Shown here: one piece after another, positions 36,038 through 47,417 of the stretch
How the letters are laid out: every line of letters starts with the position of its first letter
How positions within the stretch are numbered: position 1 is the first letter of the stretch
Source: Candidatus Eiseniibacteriota bacterium
GTDB lineage: Bacteria > Eisenbacteria > RBG-16-71-46
Length of the DNA: 54,321 nucleotides
Direction of reading: 5' to 3'
NCBI GenBank assembly: GCA_044222045.1
Contig: JBGAOB010000004.1
Span: 1-54,321, forward strand
Notes under the pieces: model-generated
Databases searched by the model: none
The model's input: only the letters and a program-made list of their open reading frames with translations
What the model was told of the DNA's origin: nothing
Program-made: the position numbers and the translations under genes

Positions 36038-37330
36038 ATGTCCGTTCGCCCGTTCGCGTGCGCGACCCTGGTCGCGCTCGCGTCGTTCGCTCCACCCGCC
36101 CGCGCGCTGGACCTGCCCACCGCGCTCGCGCAGGTGGCGGCCGCCAATCCCACGCTCGCCGCGCGCCGCCAGATGGCCGACGCCGCGCACGCGCGCATCG
36201 CGCCCGCCGGCGCGTGGAGCCCGCCCATGCTCGAAGGCGGGCTCGTGAACGCCCCGGTGGGCGGCGCGCTCGACATGGACGACATGACCATGCGCATGGT
36301 GGGCGTGGCGCAGAAGCTGCCGCTGTCGGGCGCGAACGGGCTCGCCCGCCGCGCCGCGCGGCAGGCCTGGGTGGCCGAGAGCGCCGGCGCCGAGGACGCG
36401 CACTGGGCGATGCTCGGCGAAGCGTGGCAGGCGTACGCCGACGCGTGGTGGGCGGAGGAGCTCGCGAACTGCGCGGCGGGGCACGGCGGCACGATGGACG
36501 CGCTCGTGGGCGCGGCGCGCGCGCGCGTCGCGTCGGGCCGCGCGCGCTGGGACGAGATCCCCGCCGCCGAGGCCGAGCGCGCCCGCACGCGCGCCGACCG
36601 GGCGGACTGGCGCGCCGAGGCGGCGTCCGCGCGCGCGCGGCTCGACGCGATGCGCGGCGTGGACCCCGGCGCGGCCGCCGGCGACCCGCTGGCGCCGGTG
36701 CCCGAACCCGAAGCGCCCGACTCGGCGTGGATGGCCGGCGCGAGCGCCGCACACCCGCGGCTGCGCGCGGCGGACGCGCAGGCGCAGCGCTGGTCGCTCG
36801 GGGCGCGCGCCGCGCGACGCATGGCGTGGCCCGATCTCGAGGTGCGCGCGTCGTACGGCTGGCGCGCGCCCATGCCCGACGGCATGACGCGCGACGCCAT
36901 GTACAGCGTGACCGGCGCGATCATGCTGCCGCTGTTCGCGGGCTCGCGAGAAGGCGCCGAGGGCGCCGAGATGGACGCCATGGCGCGCGCGGCCGGCGAC
37001 GAACGCCGCGCCGACGAACTGGCGTTGCGTTCCGGCATCGCGCAGCTGCTCGCGCAGCGCGCCGCCGCCCGCGAACGCGTGGCGCTGCTCGCCGACACGG
37101 TGGTGGTGGCGCGGCGCGCGGCCTACGACGCCGTGCAGCGCGCCTGGGCCGCCGGGCTCGCCGACTTCTCGCGCGTGCTCGACGCCGAGCACGCGCTGTA
37201 CGCCGAGGAGATCTCGCTGATCCGCGCCCGCCAACAGCTCTCGCGCCTGACCGGCGCACTCGTTTCCCTCGCCGCGCGCGGCGACCTCGCGGGCTTCCCG
37301 CTGCCCGCCGCGCCCCGGAGCCAGCCATGA
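36038..37330 (+). CDS. TolC/CusC-like outer membrane efflux protein
   Basis: AANPTLAA, QKLPLSG, HPRLRA, LPLFAG, ADFSRVLDAE; Met-rich patch MDDMTMRM. Confidence 0.85.
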   Translation: MSVRPFACATLVALASFAPPARALDLPTALAQVAAANPTLAARRQMADAAHARIAPAGAWSPPMLEGGLVNAPVGGALDMDDMTMRMVGVAQKLPLSGANGLARRAARQAWVAESAGAEDAHWAMLGEAWQAYADAWWAEELANCAAGHGGTMDALVGAARARVASGRARWDEIPAAEAERARTRADRADWRAEAASARARLDAMRGVDPGAAAGDPLAPVPEPEAPDSAWMAGASAAHPRLRAADAQAQRWSLGARAARRMAWPDLEVRASYGWRAPMPDGMTRDAMYSVTGAIMLPLFAGSREGAEGAEMDAMARAAGDERRADELALRSGIAQLLAQRAAARERVALLADTVVVARRAAYDAVQRAWAAGLADFSRVLDAEHALYAEEISLIRARQQLSRLTGALVSLAARGDLAGFPLPAAPRSQP

Positions 37331-38637
37331 CCACGCCCCCCGTGAACACCGGATCCTCGCTGCACCAGCCTCCGCCGGGCGCCGGCTTCATGAACGCGCT
37401 GCGCTGGGCGCTGTTCGTGGCGCTGCTGCTGCTGGCCGTCGCGTCGATCGCCAGCTACGTCGCGTGGCGGCGGGACGAGGGCCGCTCGGCCACCGCGGGC
37501 GTCGGCCAGCGCTGGCACTGCCCGATGCATCCCGCCTACACGTCGGACCGCCCCGGCGATTGCCCCATCTGCGGCATGGCGCTGGTGCCGATCCCGGCGA
37601 ACGCCGGCGGCGGGCATCCCGGCGACGTGAACGGACTCACGTCCGTGGAGCTGGACGCGGGTCGCGTGCAGGCGATCGGCGTGCGGCTGGCCGTCGCGAC
37701 GCGCTCGCCGATGGCGGACGACCTCGAGCTGGCGGCGTTCCTCGCGCCGGACGAGTCGCGCGTGCACACCGTGCAGTTGCGCGTGGCCGGCTGGATCGAA
37801 ACGCTGCACGCCGACGTCACCGGGCAGCACGTGGCGGCCGGTCAGCCGCTCGTGACGCTGTACAGCCCCGAGCTGTTCCAGAGCGAAAACGAGTACGTGC
37901 TGGCGCTGCAGTCGGGCATGGGCGCCGACGCGGTGCGCGAGCGGCTGCGCCTGCTCGGCGTGCCCGAGGCCGAGATCGCGCGGCTCGAGCACGACCGCAA
38001 GCCGAGCACGCGGCTCACGCTGCGCGCGCCCACGGGCGGCACGGTGCTGGAGCGTCTCGTCACCGCCGGCCAGTCGGTGGGCCCGGACACGCCGCTGCTG
38101 GTGCTCGGCGACCTGGCGCGACCGTGGGTGCTCGCCGACGTGTACGAGCTGGACCTGGCGCGCGTGACCACGGGCGCGCCGGTCACGTTCACGAGCCAGT
38201 CGCTGCCCGGGCGCTCGTGGCGCGGGCGCGTGGAATTCCTGTACCCGACCGTGTCGGGCGACACGCGCACGATGCGTGCGCGCATCGCGCTCGACGGCGA
38301 CACGCGCGACCTGCGGCCGGGGCTGTTCGGCTCGGTGCGCGTGGCCGGCCGCGGCGCGAGCGCGCTGCAGGTGCCGACCGAGGCCGTGGTGCACACGGGC
38401 GAGCAGGACTACGTGTTCCTGGCGCGTGCCGGCGGCCGCTTCGAGCCGCGGCTCGTGCGCACGGGGCGCGAGACCGGCGAGCGCGTGGAAGTGCTCCAGG
38501 GCCTCGCCGCGGGCGACACCGTGGTGGCGAGCGCGTCGTTCCTGATCGACTCCGAGAGCCGCATGCAGGCGGCGATCGCGGGACTGGGCGCGCACCGCGC
38601 CGACACCACGACCGGCGCCGCCGGTCACCAGCACTGA
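37327..38637 (+). CDS. cusB: CusB-like RND periplasmic adaptor with heavy-metal-binding domain
   Basis: WHCPMHP...PGDCPICGMALVP, LYSPEL, WVLADVYE, FLIDSES. Confidence 0.9.
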   Translation: MTTPPVNTGSSLHQPPPGAGFMNALRWALFVALLLLAVASIASYVAWRRDEGRSATAGVGQRWHCPMHPAYTSDRPGDCPICGMALVPIPANAGGGHPGDVNGLTSVELDAGRVQAIGVRLAVATRSPMADDLELAAFLAPDESRVHTVQLRVAGWIETLHADVTGQHVAAGQPLVTLYSPELFQSENEYVLALQSGMGADAVRERLRLLGVPEAEIARLEHDRKPSTRLTLRAPTGGTVLERLVTAGQSVGPDTPLLVLGDLARPWVLADVYELDLARVTTGAPVTFTSQSLPGRSWRGRVEFLYPTVSGDTRTMRARIALDGDTRDLRPGLFGSVRVAGRGASALQVPTEAVVHTGEQDYVFLARAGGRFEPRLVRTGRETGERVEVLQGLAAGDTVVASASFLIDSESRMQAAIAGLGAHRADTTTGAAGHQH

Positions 38638-38644
38638 GGCCGCC

Positions 38645-41600
38645 ATGGTCGCCCGCATCATCGAATGGTGTGCGACGCACCGCGCGGCGGTGTTCCTGGC
38701 CACCGCGTTCGCGCTGTTCGGCGCCGTGCTCGCGATCCGGCGCGTGCCGCTGGACGCGATCCCGGATCTCGGCGATCCGCAGGTGATCGTGTTCACCGAG
38801 TGGATGGGCCGCAGCCCCGACCTGGTCGAGGACCAGGTGACGTATCCCATCGTGTCGTCGCTGCTCGGCGCGCCCAGGGTGGTGGCGGTGCGCGGCCAGA
38901 GCATGTTCGGCATGAGCTTCGTGTACGTGATCTTCGAGGAGGGCACCGACCTCTACTGGGCGCGCAGCCGCGTGGTCGAGACCATGGGCACGATGCGTTC
39001 GCGACTGCCCGAGGGCGTCACGCCCACGCTCGGCCCCGACGCGACCAGCGTGGGCTGGGTGTTCCAGTACGCGCTCGTGGACCGCTCGGGCAAGCACGAC
39101 CTCGCCGAGCTGCGCGCGTTCCAGGACTTCCAGCTCCGCTATGCGCTCGCCAGCGTGCCCGGCGTGGCCGAGGTGGCCACGGTGGGCGGCTACGAGCGGC
39201 AGTACCAGGTGGAAGTGGACCCGATCCGCCTGCACGCGTACGACCTGTCGGTCGGCGACGTGGTGGGCGCGATCCGGCGCAGCAACCGCGACGTCGGCGG
39301 GCGCGTGCTGGAGATGTCGGGCCGCGAGTACTACGTGCGCGGTCGCGGCTACGTGAAGTCGCTGGACGACCTGAGCCGCGTGGCGCTCGGTGTGGACGCG
39401 CGCACGGGCACCCCCGTGCGCGTGGCCGACGTGGGCCGCGTGTCGTTCGGCCCCGACATCCGCCGCGGCGTGTCCGAGATGGACGGCGAGGGCGAGGCCG
39501 TGGGCGGCGTGGTGGTGATGCGCACCGGCGAGAACGCGCTGCACGTGATCGAGCGCGTGAAGCAGCGGCTGCGCGAGCTGCAGTCCACGCTGCCGCCGGG
39601 CGTGCACGTGAAGGTGGTGTACGACCGCTCCGCGCTCATCCACCACGCCATCGGCACGCTCCGGCACACGCTGGTCGAGGAGATGATCGTGGTGAGCCTC
39701 GTCATCTTCCTGTTCCTGCTGCACCTGCGCAGCACGCTCGTGCCGGTGCTGTCGCTCCCCGTGGCGGTCGCGCTCGCGTTCATCCCCATGATGTTCCTGC
39801 GCATCAACTCGAACATCATGAGCCTCGGCGGGATCGCGATCGCGATCGGCGCCATGGTCGACGCGGCGATCGTGCTCGTGGAGAACGCGCACAAGCACCT
39901 GGAGACCGCGCCGCCGGGCGCCGACCGCCAGCGCGTGATCATCGACGCGGCGAAGGAAGTGGGGCCGCCCATCTTCTTCGCGCTGCTCGTGATCACCGTG
40001 GCGTTCGTGCCCATCTTCGCGCTCGACGGCCAGGCCGGCCGGCTGTTCAAGCCGCTCGCGTGGACGAAGACGTTCGCCATGGCGTTCGCCGCCCTCGTGT
40101 CGGTCACGCTCGCGCCCGCGCTCATGATCGTGTTCGTCCGCGGACGCGTGCGCCACGAGCACGAACATCCGGTGTCGCGCGCGCTGATCGCCGTGTACCG
40201 GCCGTTCGCGTGGGTCGCGCTCAAGAACCCGCGGACGACGCTGCTGATCGGGCTCGCCGCCGTGCTGTCGGCGGTGCCGCTCGGCCTGAAGCTCGGACAC
40301 GAGTTCATGCCGCCGCTGAACGAGGGCGACCTGCTGTACATGCCGACCACGTTCCCGAACATCTCGATCGAGGAGGCGAAGCGCTACCTGCAGCTCCAGG
40401 ACCGGCGCATCAAGGAGATTCCCGAGGTGGAGCGCGTGTTCGGCAAGGCCGGTCGCGCGAACACGCCCACGGACCCGGCGCCGCTGTCGATGGTGGAGAC
40501 CGTGGTCAAGCTGCGGCCGCGCTCGCAGTGGCGCGAGCACTCGGTGACGCGCTGGTGGTCGCACGGCGCGCCGGGCTGGACGCGTCCGGCGCTGCGCGTG
40601 GTGTGGCCCGACCGGCGGCGGCTCACGTGGGACGAGCTCGTCGCCGAGCTGAACGGCAGGGTGCACCTGCCCGGCTGGACGAACGCGTGGACGATGCCCA
40701 TCAAGACGCGCGTCGACATGCTGAGCACCGGCATCCGCACGCCGATCGGCGTGAAGGTGTTCGGCGCCGACCTCGACACGATCGAGCGGATCGGCATCGA
40801 CCTCGAGCACACGCTCGCGCGCGTCACCGACACGCGCAGCGTGTACTCGGACCGCAACACGGGCGGCCTGTACCTGGACATCGTGCCCGACCGCGCGGCG
40901 CTCGCGCGCTACGGGCTCACGGTGGGCGAGGTGCAGGACGTGATCGAGGCCGCGGTCGGCGGCGAGCCCATCGAGACGACGGTCGCCGGCCGGCAGCGGT
41001 TCACGATCAGCGTGCGCTACCCCGCGGACCATCGCGAGAACATCGACCGGCTGAAGCACGTGCTGATCCCGCTGCCCGCGGGCGGGGCGCGCGGGCGACG
41101 GCGGCATGGGCGGCATGGGCGAAGGCTCGAGCGGCGGCGCCCGGTTCGCGCGCGACGCGGCGGGCGCGCTGCGGCGCGGCGCCGCCGGGGTGACCGGGCG
41201 TGCTGCTCGCGAGCGCGGCCTGTCCGACGGCGGCGACGACGGCATGGGACGCCCGCCCGCCGGGCCCGCGATGCTCGCGCGCGGCGGCATGCCCGGCGCG
41301 CGCGGGCGGCATGCGCCGCAGCGGCATGGGCGACGACGGCGGCGCCGGCGCCCAGGCCTCGGGCGACGACGCGTTCGCGTTCGAGCGCTGGTCCGGGGAG
41401 CCGGGCGGCACGTGCCGCTGGGGCTGGTGGCGGACATCCGCGTGAGCACGGGCCCGCCGATGATCCGCGACGAGTCCGGCATGCTCGCGGGCTACGTGTA
41501 CGTGGACATGGATGCGAGCCGGCGAGACATCGGCAGCTGGGTCGCCGAGGCCAAGCGCGACGTCGCGAAGCAGGTGCGCCTGCCGGCGGGCTACGAACTG

Positions 41601-42170
41601 CGCTGGACCGGGCAGTACGAGTTGCTCGAGGCGATGCAGAAGCGCATGAAGGTGCTCGTGCCGGTGACGCTGCTGATCGTGGTGCTGCTGCTGTACCTGA
41701 ACTTCGGCAGCCTCGCGCAGACGTTCCTGGTGCTGGCATCGGTGCCGTTCGCGCTGGTGGGCAGCGTGTGGCTGATGGCGCTGCTGCACTACAACCTGTC
41801 CACGGCGACGTGGGTGGGGCTGATCGCGCTGGTGGGGCTCGCCACGCAGACGGGCGTGGTGATGGTGGTGTACTGCGACGGCGCGTACCTGCGCTGGAAG
41901 CGCGAGGGCCGCATCCGCACGTTCGACGACGTGGTGGAGGCGACGCTCGAGGGCTCGGTGCAGCGCGTGCGCCCCAAGCTGATGACGGTGGCGACCACGA
42001 TGATCGGCCTCGTGCCGCTGCTGTGGTCGCAGGGGGCGGGCGCCGACGTGATGAAGCGCCTGGCGGCGCCGATGGTGGGCGGGCTGTTCACGTCGGTGTT
42101 CCTGACGCTCGAGATCATCCCCGTGCTGTACGCCCACTGGCGGTGGTGGCAGGTGAAACGCGGGAAGTGA
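38645..42170 (+). CDS. cusA: CusA/CzcA heavy-metal RND permease, interrupted by frameshift(s) at about 41090-41410
   Basis: LDAIPDLGDPQV, NIMSLGGIAIAIGAMVDA, EFMPPLNEGD in the 38645 frame. The C-terminus (GPPMIRDE...RVRPKLMT...MVGG) is in the 41106 frame. Confidence 0.88.
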
Positions 42171-42270
42171 GGGGCGGCCGCGCCGCCCCTTCCCTCCCGT
42201 GAAACTCCGCGGCACTCTCCGGGCTCCAACCCGAGGACCCATACGCCGGCACACGACGGAGGAGACTCTC

Positions 42271-42669
42271 ATGAAAGCCATCGGCCACTACGCCATCGAA
42301 GTCACCACGCAGCGCTCGTTCGACGACGCCATCGCCCGCGCGACCGAGCTGCTCGCCGAGGAAGGCTTCGGCGTCCTCACCGAGATCGACGTCAAGGCCA
42401 CGCTCCAGAAGAAGCTCGGCATCGACCGGCCCGCGTACAAGATCCTCGGCGCCTGCAACCCCGGCTTCGCGCACCGCGCCCTCGGCGCCGAGCCGCACGT
42501 GGGCGTGCTGCTGCCGTGCAACGTCGTCGTGTGGGACGAGGGCACGCATCGCGTCGTCACCGCCATGGAGCCGCGCGTCATGTCACAGGTGGTCGACAAC
42601 GCCGAGCTGGCGGGGGTCGCCGAAGAAGTGAGCGTTCGGCTGCATCGCGTGCTCGATCGCATCGGCTGA
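42271..42669 (+). CDS. DUF302 domain protein
   Basis: GFGVLTEIDVKATLQKKLG..YKILGACNP..GVLLPCNVVV. Confidence 0.92.
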   Translation: MKAIGHYAIEVTTQRSFDDAIARATELLAEEGFGVLTEIDVKATLQKKLGIDRPAYKILGACNPGFAHRALGAEPHVGVLLPCNVVVWDEGTHRVVTAMEPRVMSQVVDNAELAGVAEEVSVRLHRVLDRIG

Positions 42670-42843
42670 ACCCCGCGATCCCGCACAATCTCCAGCGCGG
42701 AGAAACGCGCCCCGCGATCGCCCGCAGGGCCGAATTCCGCCCTTTCGACGTGCGTTCCGACGCGCGTCGCGTGCTACTGTTCCCGCGCGGTTCACCCCCT
42801 CCGAACCGCTGTCGAGGCGACTCACGACCCCCTGCGTGCGGCC

Positions 42844-44058
42844 ATGCCCGAACTCCCTCTGAAGTCGTTGCTCGGACAACCCGAAGTCTCCGCGTTCCTC
42901 CGCCACGTCGTGGGCGTGGGGCGGTACGGCAACGCGTACCTGTTCCACGGTCCCGCCGGGGTCGGCAAGGGCACCGCGGCGCTCGCGTTCGCGCGGGCCG
43001 CGCTCTGCGACCGCGTCGCGGGCGGGCGCCCGCCGGCACCGCGAGAGGACGACCTTTTCGGCTCCGCCGCGCCCGCGGCCGAGGCGTTGCCCGCCGACGA
43101 CGCGTGCGGTGCATGTGCGAGCTGCCGCAAGTCCGCGCAGCTGCTGCACCCCGACCTGCACTTCCTGTTCCCCGTGTCGGGCGAGGAGCGCGAACTCGAC
43201 AAGACGATCGGCGACACGCTGCAGGCCATGCGCGACGACCCGCTGTTCGTCTTCCAGTACGAGAAGGCCGCGTCGATCCGGCTCTACCAGACGCGCGAGC
43301 TGCTGCAGGAGATGGCGTACAAGCCCTACGAGGCCGCGCGGCGCGTGGTGGTGATCCGTGACTGCGACCGGATGCGCGAGGACCAGTACTCCGCGCTGCT
43401 CAAGTCCATCGAGGAGCCCGGCGCCGCCACGGTGTGGGTGCTGACCACGGCGCGGCTGTCGCGCGTGCCGGCCACGATCCGCTCGCGCTGCCAGCGCGTG
43501 CGCTTCGCGCCGCTGCCCGAGAGCACGATCCAGGACTTCCTGCGCGAACGCGCGGGTTCGTCCGAGAGCGAGGCGCGCATGCTGGCCGCGCTGTCGGGTG
43601 GCTCGCTCGCCCGCGCGCTGGTGCTGCGTGGCGCGGACGCGCTCGCGCAGCGCAACGAGGCGCTCGCCATGCTCGCGCCCGCGCTGCGTGACGACCCGGC
43701 GGGCCTGTGGAAGGCGGCGCAGGGAGCCACCAAGTTCGGCAAGGCCGGCCGCGAGTCGCTGCGGCGCGCGATCGAGTTCCACCAGTTGTGGCTGCGCGAC
43801 CTGCTGCGCGCCCGTTACGGCGCACCTCGCGAGTCGCTCGTGAACCGCGACCGCGAGGCCGAGATCCGCCAGCTCGCCGAGCGCATCGACGCCACCGAGG
43901 TGCGCCGCCGGCTCATGGTGCTCGAGGAGGCGCTGCGCTCGCTCGACGGCAACATCACCGCCGACCTCACGCTGTTCTCCGCGCTCGCGCGTGTCGCCGG
44001 CCAACGGCTCGGCGAGGGAGCCTGGCCCGCGCACGCTTCGCCGCGCTGGGACTACTGA
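42844..44058 (+). CDS. holB: DNA polymerase III subunit delta'
   Basis: AYLFHGPAGVGK, CGACASC, HPDLH, LLKSIEEP, TIRSRCQ. Confidence 0.9.
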   Translation: MPELPLKSLLGQPEVSAFLRHVVGVGRYGNAYLFHGPAGVGKGTAALAFARAALCDRVAGGRPPAPREDDLFGSAAPAAEALPADDACGACASCRKSAQLLHPDLHFLFPVSGEERELDKTIGDTLQAMRDDPLFVFQYEKAASIRLYQTRELLQEMAYKPYEAARRVVVIRDCDRMREDQYSALLKSIEEPGAATVWVLTTARLSRVPATIRSRCQRVRFAPLPESTIQDFLRERAGSSESEARMLAALSGGSLARALVLRGADALAQRNEALAMLAPALRDDPAGLWKAAQGATKFGKAGRESLRRAIEFHQLWLRDLLRARYGAPRESLVNRDREAEIRQLAERIDATEVRRRLMVLEEALRSLDGNITADLTLFSALARVAGQRLGEGAWPAHASPRWDY

Positions 44059-44060
44059 TC

Positions 44061-47000
44061 GTGCTCGCGCGAATCCGGAGCCTGCGCTTCTGGGTTCCCG
44101 CGGCGATCGCGCTCGCCGGTGTCCTGCTGTACCTCACGAGCCACGTGCTGGACGAGCGCGCGATCGAGAACCTCACGCGGCAGCGCTCGATCACGAACAT
44201 GCGCGAGCTGCTGCACGCGTCGAGCCTGCTCGTGGAATCGCTCGCTGCCGCGGGCGACGAAGTCGCGGCGCTGCGCGTGGTGGAGTTCATCCGCAGCTCG
44301 CCGCTGATCCACGACGCCTACATCGCGGACGCGCAGGGTCGCCCGATCGCTTTCGGAACCGCGGACTCGGGCCGCGTCTCGGCCGGCCACCCGCTGCAAC
44401 CGGCGAGCGCGGAAGCGGCGCGGCTCCTGGCGCTGCCTCAGCCGGACAGCCTCCGCACGCTGGTGCTCGCCGACCGGCGCGTGCTCATGGCGGCGCCGCT
44501 GCGCTGGCCGGCGAGGCCCGACAGGCCGGCGTTCCTGGTGTGCGAGGCGTCCTACGCGCTGGGGCTGCTGACCGCCGAACGGATGCTGCGGTTCAAGGCG
44601 GCGGTCACGATGGTGCTGGGGCTCGTGCTGATGGTGCTGCTCGCGTGGGTTCTGCACCGCCGCGTGACGGGCCCCGCGCGGTCGATCGCCGTCGCGGCCT
44701 CGCGGCTCGCGGCCGGCGAACGGTCCGCGCGCACCGGGCTGCGCGGCTCCGACGAACTCGGCCAGGCCGGGCAGGCGTTCGACGCGATGGCCGACGCGAT
44801 CACGCGCACCGAGGCGGAGCTGAAGGAGGTGCGGAACCAGCTCCAGACGCTGCTGCACAACATGCCGGTGGGCGTGATGGCGGTGGATCGCACGCAACGT
44901 CGCGTGCTGTACTCGAACCACGCATTCGAGGAGTTGTACGGCGTGCCGCTGCACCTGGGGCGCAGCATGGACGACGTGCTGCACGACGTGCGGCTCGAGA
45001 AGTCCGACGGCACGCCGTACCCGCTCGACGACCTGTCCATTCGCCGCGTCGTGCGCACGGGCGAGCCCGCCGAGGCCGGCGACCTCGTCTACGTGCACGG
45101 GGACGGCACGCGCGTGCCGGTGCTGGTGCGGTCCGTGCCCGTGCGCCGCGAGGGCGAGGAGGACTTCGACACGGTGCTGGTGATCGCGCAGGACCGTCGC
45201 GAGCTCGAGAGTGCGCTCGAGGGGCGCCGCGAGACGCAGCGCCTGTTCGACGCCGTGCTGCGCGCGCTGCCGGTGGGCGTGGTGGTGTTGTCGCGCGACC
45301 TGCGCCTGCTGTACGCGAACCCCAAGTGGTGCGAGATCCACGGCGAGCGGCTGGAGCCCGGCGCGGACATGGTCCTGGCCGCCGGGCACACGCAGACCTA
45401 CGCCGACGGCACGCCGTATCCGCCCGACCTGCTCGCGGCCCCGCAGGTGCTGCGCACCGGCCAGCCCGCCGAGGTGCGCGACATCGTGGAGGTGCGCCCC
45501 GACGGCACGAGCGTGCCGATCCTGATCAACGCGGCCCCGGTGAGCCTGTCGGGCAGCGGCGAGATGGACGCCGTCGTGTCGGTGGTGCAGGACCGGCGCG
45601 AGCTGCAGCGCCTGACGCACGAGCTGCGCGAGTGGGAACGGCGCTACGAGAAGGTCGTGGCCGCCATGTCGCAGGTGGTCTACGAGTGGGACCTGGGCGC
45701 CGACACCGAGGTGGTGAGCGCGAACCGCTCCAACGTGATCGGCGAGCCCACGCCCGGGCTCGCGATCCCGATCCTCGAGCGCTGGACGCGGCGGCTGCAC
45801 CCGGACGACCGCGAGCGAGCGCGCACGGCGCTCGAGAAGTCGCTTCGCGACGGCAGCCCATACGACTGCGAGTACCGCTACCAGCACTCCGAGGGGCGGT
45901 ACGTGGTCGTGCACGATCGCGGGTTCTTCGACCTCGACGAACAGGGCGTGCCGGTGCGCATGTACGGCACGATGACGGACGTGACCGAGCGGCACACGCT
46001 CGAACAGCAGCTGCGCCAGGCGCAGAAGATGGAAACCGTCGGCACGCTCGCCGGCGGCGTGGCGCACGACTTCAACAACCAGCTCACGGCCGTGCTCGGC
46101 CATCTCGACCTGCTCGCGGCCGACCTGCCGGCCGACGACCCGGGCCTGGAGCACGTGCGCGTGGCGCGCCTCGCGGCCGAGCGCTGCACGCAGCTCACGC
46201 GCGGACTGCTGGCGTTCAGCCGCCAGATCGAGAGCCGGCTGCGGCCGCTCGAGCTGGACCCGCTGGTGGAGGAGACGCTGCAGATCCTGCGGCGCGTGCT
46301 GCCCGCGAGCGTGGCCGTGCGCACCGAGCTCGGCACGGACGGCACGGCCGCCATGCTCGACGCCGTGCAGCTGCAGCAGGTGCTGTTCAACCTGTGCGTG
46401 AACGCGCGCGACGCCATGCCCGAAGGCGGCACGCTGGCGATCACCACGCGTCGGCGAGCCGTGAACGACCTGGCCGGCCGCCCGCCCGAGGCGCGTTCCG
46501 GCGAGTTCGTGGAAATGACCGTGAGCGACACGGGCGTCGGAATCCCGGGCCACCTGCAAGCGCGCGTGTTCGAGCCGTTCTTCACCACGAAGCCCGTGGG
46601 CGAAGGCACCGGGCTCGGCCTGGCGATGGCGTACGGCATCGTGCGCAAGCACCTCGGCTGGATCGAGCTCGAGAGCGCGCCCGGCCACGGCGCCACGTTC
46701 CGCGTGTACCTGCCGGTGGCGACGGAGGCCGCGCAGCAGGCGATCGTGCCGCCGGCGCCGGACGTGCGCGCGCGCCGTGGCGAGGCGCACGTGGTGCTGG
46801 TGGTGGACGACGAGCCCGGCATCCGCGAGCTCGCGTCGCTGGCGCTGCTGCAGTACGGCTACCAGGTGCGCACCGCCGCCGACGGCTCCGAGGCGCTGCG
46901 CTGCTTCCGCGCCGAACCGGACACGATCCGCCTCGTGCTGCTGGACCTGGTGATGCCGGGGCTTTCGGCCACGGCCGTGCTGCGCGAGATCCGCGCCCTG

Positions 47001-47165
47001 CGCCCCGACGTGCGCGTGGTGCTCTCCACCGGCTACGCGCCCGCCGACGGCGTGCCGGAGCTCCCCGTGGACGCCGTGCTGCCCAAGCCCTACTCGGCGT
47101 CGGACCTCGCGCACACGGTGGACAGCCTGCTCGAGTCGCCGCCCACCGAGCCCGCCGTGGCCTGA
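44061..47165 (+). CDS. Membrane HAMP + three-PAS hybrid histidine kinase/receiver
   Basis: Two TMs, HAMP (DELGQAGQAFDAM), three PAS/PAC domains, HDFNN, NARDAM, GTGLGL, receiver VDDE/LDLVMP. Confidence 0.92.
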   Translation: MLARIRSLRFWVPAAIALAGVLLYLTSHVLDERAIENLTRQRSITNMRELLHASSLLVESLAAAGDEVAALRVVEFIRSSPLIHDAYIADAQGRPIAFGTADSGRVSAGHPLQPASAEAARLLALPQPDSLRTLVLADRRVLMAAPLRWPARPDRPAFLVCEASYALGLLTAERMLRFKAAVTMVLGLVLMVLLAWVLHRRVTGPARSIAVAASRLAAGERSARTGLRGSDELGQAGQAFDAMADAITRTEAELKEVRNQLQTLLHNMPVGVMAVDRTQRRVLYSNHAFEELYGVPLHLGRSMDDVLHDVRLEKSDGTPYPLDDLSIRRVVRTGEPAEAGDLVYVHGDGTRVPVLVRSVPVRREGEEDFDTVLVIAQDRRELESALEGRRETQRLFDAVLRALPVGVVVLSRDLRLLYANPKWCEIHGERLEPGADMVLAAGHTQTYADGTPYPPDLLAAPQVLRTGQPAEVRDIVEVRPDGTSVPILINAAPVSLSGSGEMDAVVSVVQDRRELQRLTHELREWERRYEKVVAAMSQVVYEWDLGADTEVVSANRSNVIGEPTPGLAIPILERWTRRLHPDDRERARTALEKSLRDGSPYDCEYRYQHSEGRYVVVHDRGFFDLDEQGVPVRMYGTMTDVTERHTLEQQLRQAQKMETVGTLAGGVAHDFNNQLTAVLGHLDLLAADLPADDPGLEHVRVARLAAERCTQLTRGLLAFSRQIESRLRPLELDPLVEETLQILRRVLPASVAVRTELGTDGTAAMLDAVQLQQVLFNLCVNARDAMPEGGTLAITTRRRAVNDLAGRPPEARSGEFVEMTVSDTGVGIPGHLQARVFEPFFTTKPVGEGTGLGLAMAYGIVRKHLGWIELESAPGHGATFRVYLPVATEAAQQAIVPPAPDVRARRGEAHVVLVVDDEPGIRELASLALLQYGYQVRTAADGSEALRCFRAEPDTIRLVLLDLVMPGLSATAVLREIRALRPDVRVVLSTGYAPADGVPELPVDAVLPKPYSASDLAHTVDSLLESPPTEPAVA

Positions 47166-47417
47166 CCACCGGGCCCCCCCGGGCCGCCGCCCCGTCCGTC
47201 GCGCCGGCCACGGCGTCCGGCCGACCGGCTGGCCCTCGGAGAACCGTAAGGGCTAGTGTTCCCGCCACGAGCCCCCCGGGGCCTGTCACACATATCGCCG
47301 GCCGACCACTCGCGCCGTCCGGCACCGAAGCGATTCGCATCGTCGTCGCGCATCTCCGTTCGCCTCCCCGGCGGACGTGTTCCGGCGGATCCCCCGTCCG
47401 CCCATAGAGGTCCGGTC

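Noticed and set aside
47284-47311. TGTCACA upstream of ricT as a sixth regulon promoter
   Set aside because: The -10 position reads ACCACTC rather than GCAACGA, so the match is too weak.
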